In this document: positions 60,700 through 64,000 of the stretch, piece by piece | Numbering within the stretch: position 1 is the stretch's first letter | Layout of the letters: every line of letters begins with the position of its first letter | Assembly: GCF_036365525.1 (NCBI RefSeq) | Contig: NC_090398.1 | Location: 19,708,936 to 19,772,935 of the forward strand | DNA length: 64,000 nucleotides | Direction: 5' to 3' | Origin: Heterodontus francisci | Taxonomy: Eukaryota | Position numbers and translations under genes: made by a program | Notes under the pieces: model-generated | The model's database searches: none | Seen by the model: only the letters and a program-made list of their open reading frames with translations | What the model was told of the DNA's origin: nothing

Positions 60700-61320
60700 G
60701 AAATCATAGAAAGATTAAGGCACAGAAAGAGGCCACTTGGTCCATCGTGTCTGTGCCGGCCGAAAAACGATCCACCTATTCTAATCTCACCTTCCAGCAT
60801 TTGATCCATAGCCCTGCAAATTACAGTATTTGAGCTGCATATCCTGACTCCTTCTGAATGAATTAAGGGTCGCTGCCTCAACTACCCTTTCAGGCAGTGA
60901 GTTCCAGACCCCTCTGGGTGAAAATGTTTTTCCTCATGTCCCCTCTAATTTTTCTATCAATCACTTTAAATGTACCCCGTCACTGCACCACTGATGTTAG
61001 ACTTACCGGACTGTAATTACCTGGTCTGTCCCTGCTACAATTCTTGAATAATGGTACCATATTCACTGTTCTCCAATCCTCTGGCACCTCTCCGATGGTC
61101 AGAGAGGATCTGAAAATTTGTGTTCGAGCCCCTGTCATCACCTCCTTTGCCTCACATAACAACCTGGGATACATCTCATCTGGGCCTGGGGATTTATCCA
61201 CTTTTAAGCCCGCTAAAACATCTAATACTTCCTCCCTTTCAATGTTAATATGGTCAGGTATATCACAATCCCCCTTCCTGATCTCTCCACCTACATCATC
61301 CTTATCCAACGTGATATACT
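60700..61320 (-). mobile_element. CR1 LINE fragments (3' end plus ORF2 piece)
   Basis: KVDKSPGPDEMYPRLL and NYSPVSLTSVV peptides; CR1 3' terminus at ~60700. Confidence 0.85.
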
Positions 61321-62039
61321 AATTGCTAGGGAAATCTTTACGATTTAGTTCAGTAACTTTACCCTTTGGTACTTTGCTACTCAATTGCTCGCTAACTCTG
61401 TTTCCATGTTTTAATGTCTATAAATCACCTCTGTTCCCAGCTTTAACTTTAGTTTGTGATTTGTAAGAGTTCAATTTGGTCAGTGCATGACGTCAGGTTT
61501 ACATTCTTCCTTGCCGATTTGTAAGAAATAGTTAACTGACTCACTCAGCAGCTTGAGGATAACCAAATCGATGGTTGATAAATGAAATTCATTTTGATCC
61601 GAACTGGGTTAAATTCAAACCAAGTCAGACATCAAACATCCTTATACCTACACTGGGATGTAAACACCACGCCTCCCTCATCCCACCCCAGGTAATTGCT
61701 TAGTCAGGAGATAAAGGAGGGAATGAAAGATTTGTCCGATTTCACAGACTTTATCTTTCAGGACAACAAAAAACACCTTTCTTCCAACAGAATCTCCATG
61801 TTTTAGGAGAATACTTGGATTTAGTGCACAGGAAATTCCGTGTGCCTGATACTATGTATGGGTTCTTTGCAACAATAAAAACTAATGTTTCTGCTTGTAT
61901 TTCAATAAAGTGCAAATATCTGGGTTGACAGGTTTTGATTTGTTAAAGTAGGAACAGGTGCTGCAAACTATCTCACTAACAACTGTCAAGGTAAATGTGT
62001 AACTTTCTACAACAATGTTAAATACCGGCTTTTCCTTGT

Positions 62040-62800
62040 TAAATAGCATCAGAATCTGGGAAAGTCTGTTCCTGCCATGGCTGAAGGTTCAAGCAGAGGG
62101 CAAGATTCAAAGTGAACAGGACAGAGGATGAGTAGAAAGAGGGACTTCGTGACCACCTATAGGGGTATTGCAGTCACAGGTGGAGGGAGTCCTTGAGTAC
62201 TGGAACTGTCTGATAGATACCTGGCATTTGGGACTGAAAGGTGGATAGAGATGGATCTTCCTGAGCGACAGCGTAGCACCATGGGTCAGGGGACCATTTC
62301 GAGTGGCGTGGGGTGAGAAGCGAAGCAAAAGGGACATAAGAATATCAGAGCAATAGAGCTGGTAAATTCTCTCCCGGGGGGATAGAGAAACAGATTTGCA
62401 GACAGCAGCAGGACCTGAATGGAAAACGGTCTCACTGGTGCCAGAGGAAAGAATATCCTGGAACGTGTGGCATCATCTGTTTGATGAAAATGAGAGCAGA
62501 GAATAGTCATGGTCAGAACCAATAATACAGATAGAAATACATTTATAAGGGGAATATTAGGGCCTGAGCTGTAAACTAAAACAAGACATCATGGTGGTGA
62601 TTTCGAGATTGTTTCCCACTGCGCTGTCTATGGATGGAAATATAAGGCAGGTGTGGTAGCAGTGCTGGTGCAGGAGGAAAGGCACGTTGTTCAGGCACGA
62701 AAGTGAGTTGAGGGGGAAGGGAAGGGAAGGGATGGCTGCGATCTGAACTGATCACCAAAAATGGATTTACAGGAAAAATCCATGAAGCCATTGAAGGACC
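62040..62800 (+). mobile_element. Highly degenerate CR1 ORF1 region
   Basis: Nucleotide similarity to 45250-45990 (agagcaatag...ggtaaattctc...gatagagaaacagatttg...atagtcatggtcagaaccaat). Confidence 0.5.
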
Positions 62801-64000
62801 ATCAGCCTTTCTGACTGGATGGGTGAGCGGGAATATTCGGATCCGAGACTAGAGAGCGGAATTAATAGTATTGTTGGAACAGAAACATAAAAAAATATAA
62901 AATGGTGAAAATGTATTAGCAGGAGTAAGGAATGTGGCTTTGAAATTGTGAGAGGGAAATGCTGGGTACTTTTAAAATTAAAAAGTCAAAATTACTGAAA
63001 ATTGGAGTGATTGTTGAATGTTTTGTCTGTGAATGTCCAAATTATTCAAACATATTTGGAAAGCCAGAAGTATGAGAGATGTTATCTACTATCTATTCGA
63101 TAGAGCCTGGGTTTTTTCAGGATTCAGAGAGAAATGTTTCTGTTTTCCAGCACATTTTGAGGGGATAGAAAAAAAATGTGACCCTTCCAGAACTTTCCAT
63201 TGCTCCTTCTTTGGCCTCTACAGCATCTCCCACTTCTTCCTGCCGCTATTGGCTGCTATTCCTTCAGTGTTTTGGGCCCAAACCTCGCTGCCTCTTTCTC
63301 ATAATTTAAGATGCTCCTTAAAGCATATCTCATTGACCAATCTGTTGGTCATCTGTCCTCATATCCCCATAAGTGGAATGAAGGCAGTTTCCTCTGAACA
63401 TTGTTTTCAAGAAGTTCTGCACTAAACTCTCAACATCAAGATTGGCTGGATGGAAGCTCTCAATTTCTTCAAAGAGGCCCACTTTCTCCGGATCAAACCG
63501 CTCTCCCTGAAAGTTGTGGTGAATTCAGGAGAAATCTCCCAGCTAATCCCATATCTCCAACATTCTGAGAGATCAACCTCGACACTGAATATCACTTTGA
63601 TGTCACTATCAGCAAAAGAAAAGTCGTTGTTATCTCAAATATTTTGTCTGAAAAATCTGGTCACAGCTGATTCTGTCGGAACTTTCAAAAGGGAACAGGA
63701 TATATACTTCTAGCGGAAAACATTGCAGCAATGTCGGGGAAGAGCAGGAGAGTGGGACTCATTGGCAGTGTGTCAAAACCTCCTTCAAAAGTGTTCAAAG
63801 CCACAGGTTGCCAAAAAGGGAGTCTACGTTTTAAGAAGTATATAACAACAAATTAACTTATAGAAATAAGACCTCCATGAATCTGTAGCCCAGTCTGCGG
63901 TGCACAAAGGAGAGAAATAGAGAAAATAAATTGTGTACAAGTTACATGACCAGATGCCATGCACGGACCACAAAGTTTGCTCCACATCACAGATCATTCT

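Noticed and set aside
58490-64000. Exon 1 of GPCR copy 4
   Set aside because: No minus-strand YY..I...G.P-type exon with a GT donor was found by eye.

Overview
Repeat-rich vertebrate genomic DNA, almost certainly from a cartilaginous fish (shark): HE1/V-SINE-type and Deu-domain (SacSINE1-type) SINEs, CR1, L2, RTE, Penelope-like and Gypsy fragments. The only host genes are four paralogous class A GPCRs of the GPR139/GPR142-like family. Copy 1 (+, ~391-1279) is a pseudogene fused in frame to a CR1 fragment. Copy 2 (+, join 20088-20157, 21851-22788; 335 aa) and copy 3 (-, join 42641-42572, 42163-41253; 326 aa) are intact two-exon genes. Copy 4 (-, exon 2 only, 58488-57602) has no exon 1 in the window and shows signs of decay. 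The main candidate system is a tandem, birth-and-death expanded GPR139-like receptor repertoire, possibly chemosensory. Its two intact members share an upstream layout: a related satellite array, a TAATT site, a TATA box and a 70-nt coding first exon. Secondary points are Penelope-derived hammerhead ribozyme motifs (one in a 185-bp fold-back insertion with a 13-bp TSD), a LINE carrying the SINE Deu-domain at its 5' end, and several inverted or duplicated non-coding blocks. All calls were made by eye; repeat boundaries are approximate and no database searches were run.
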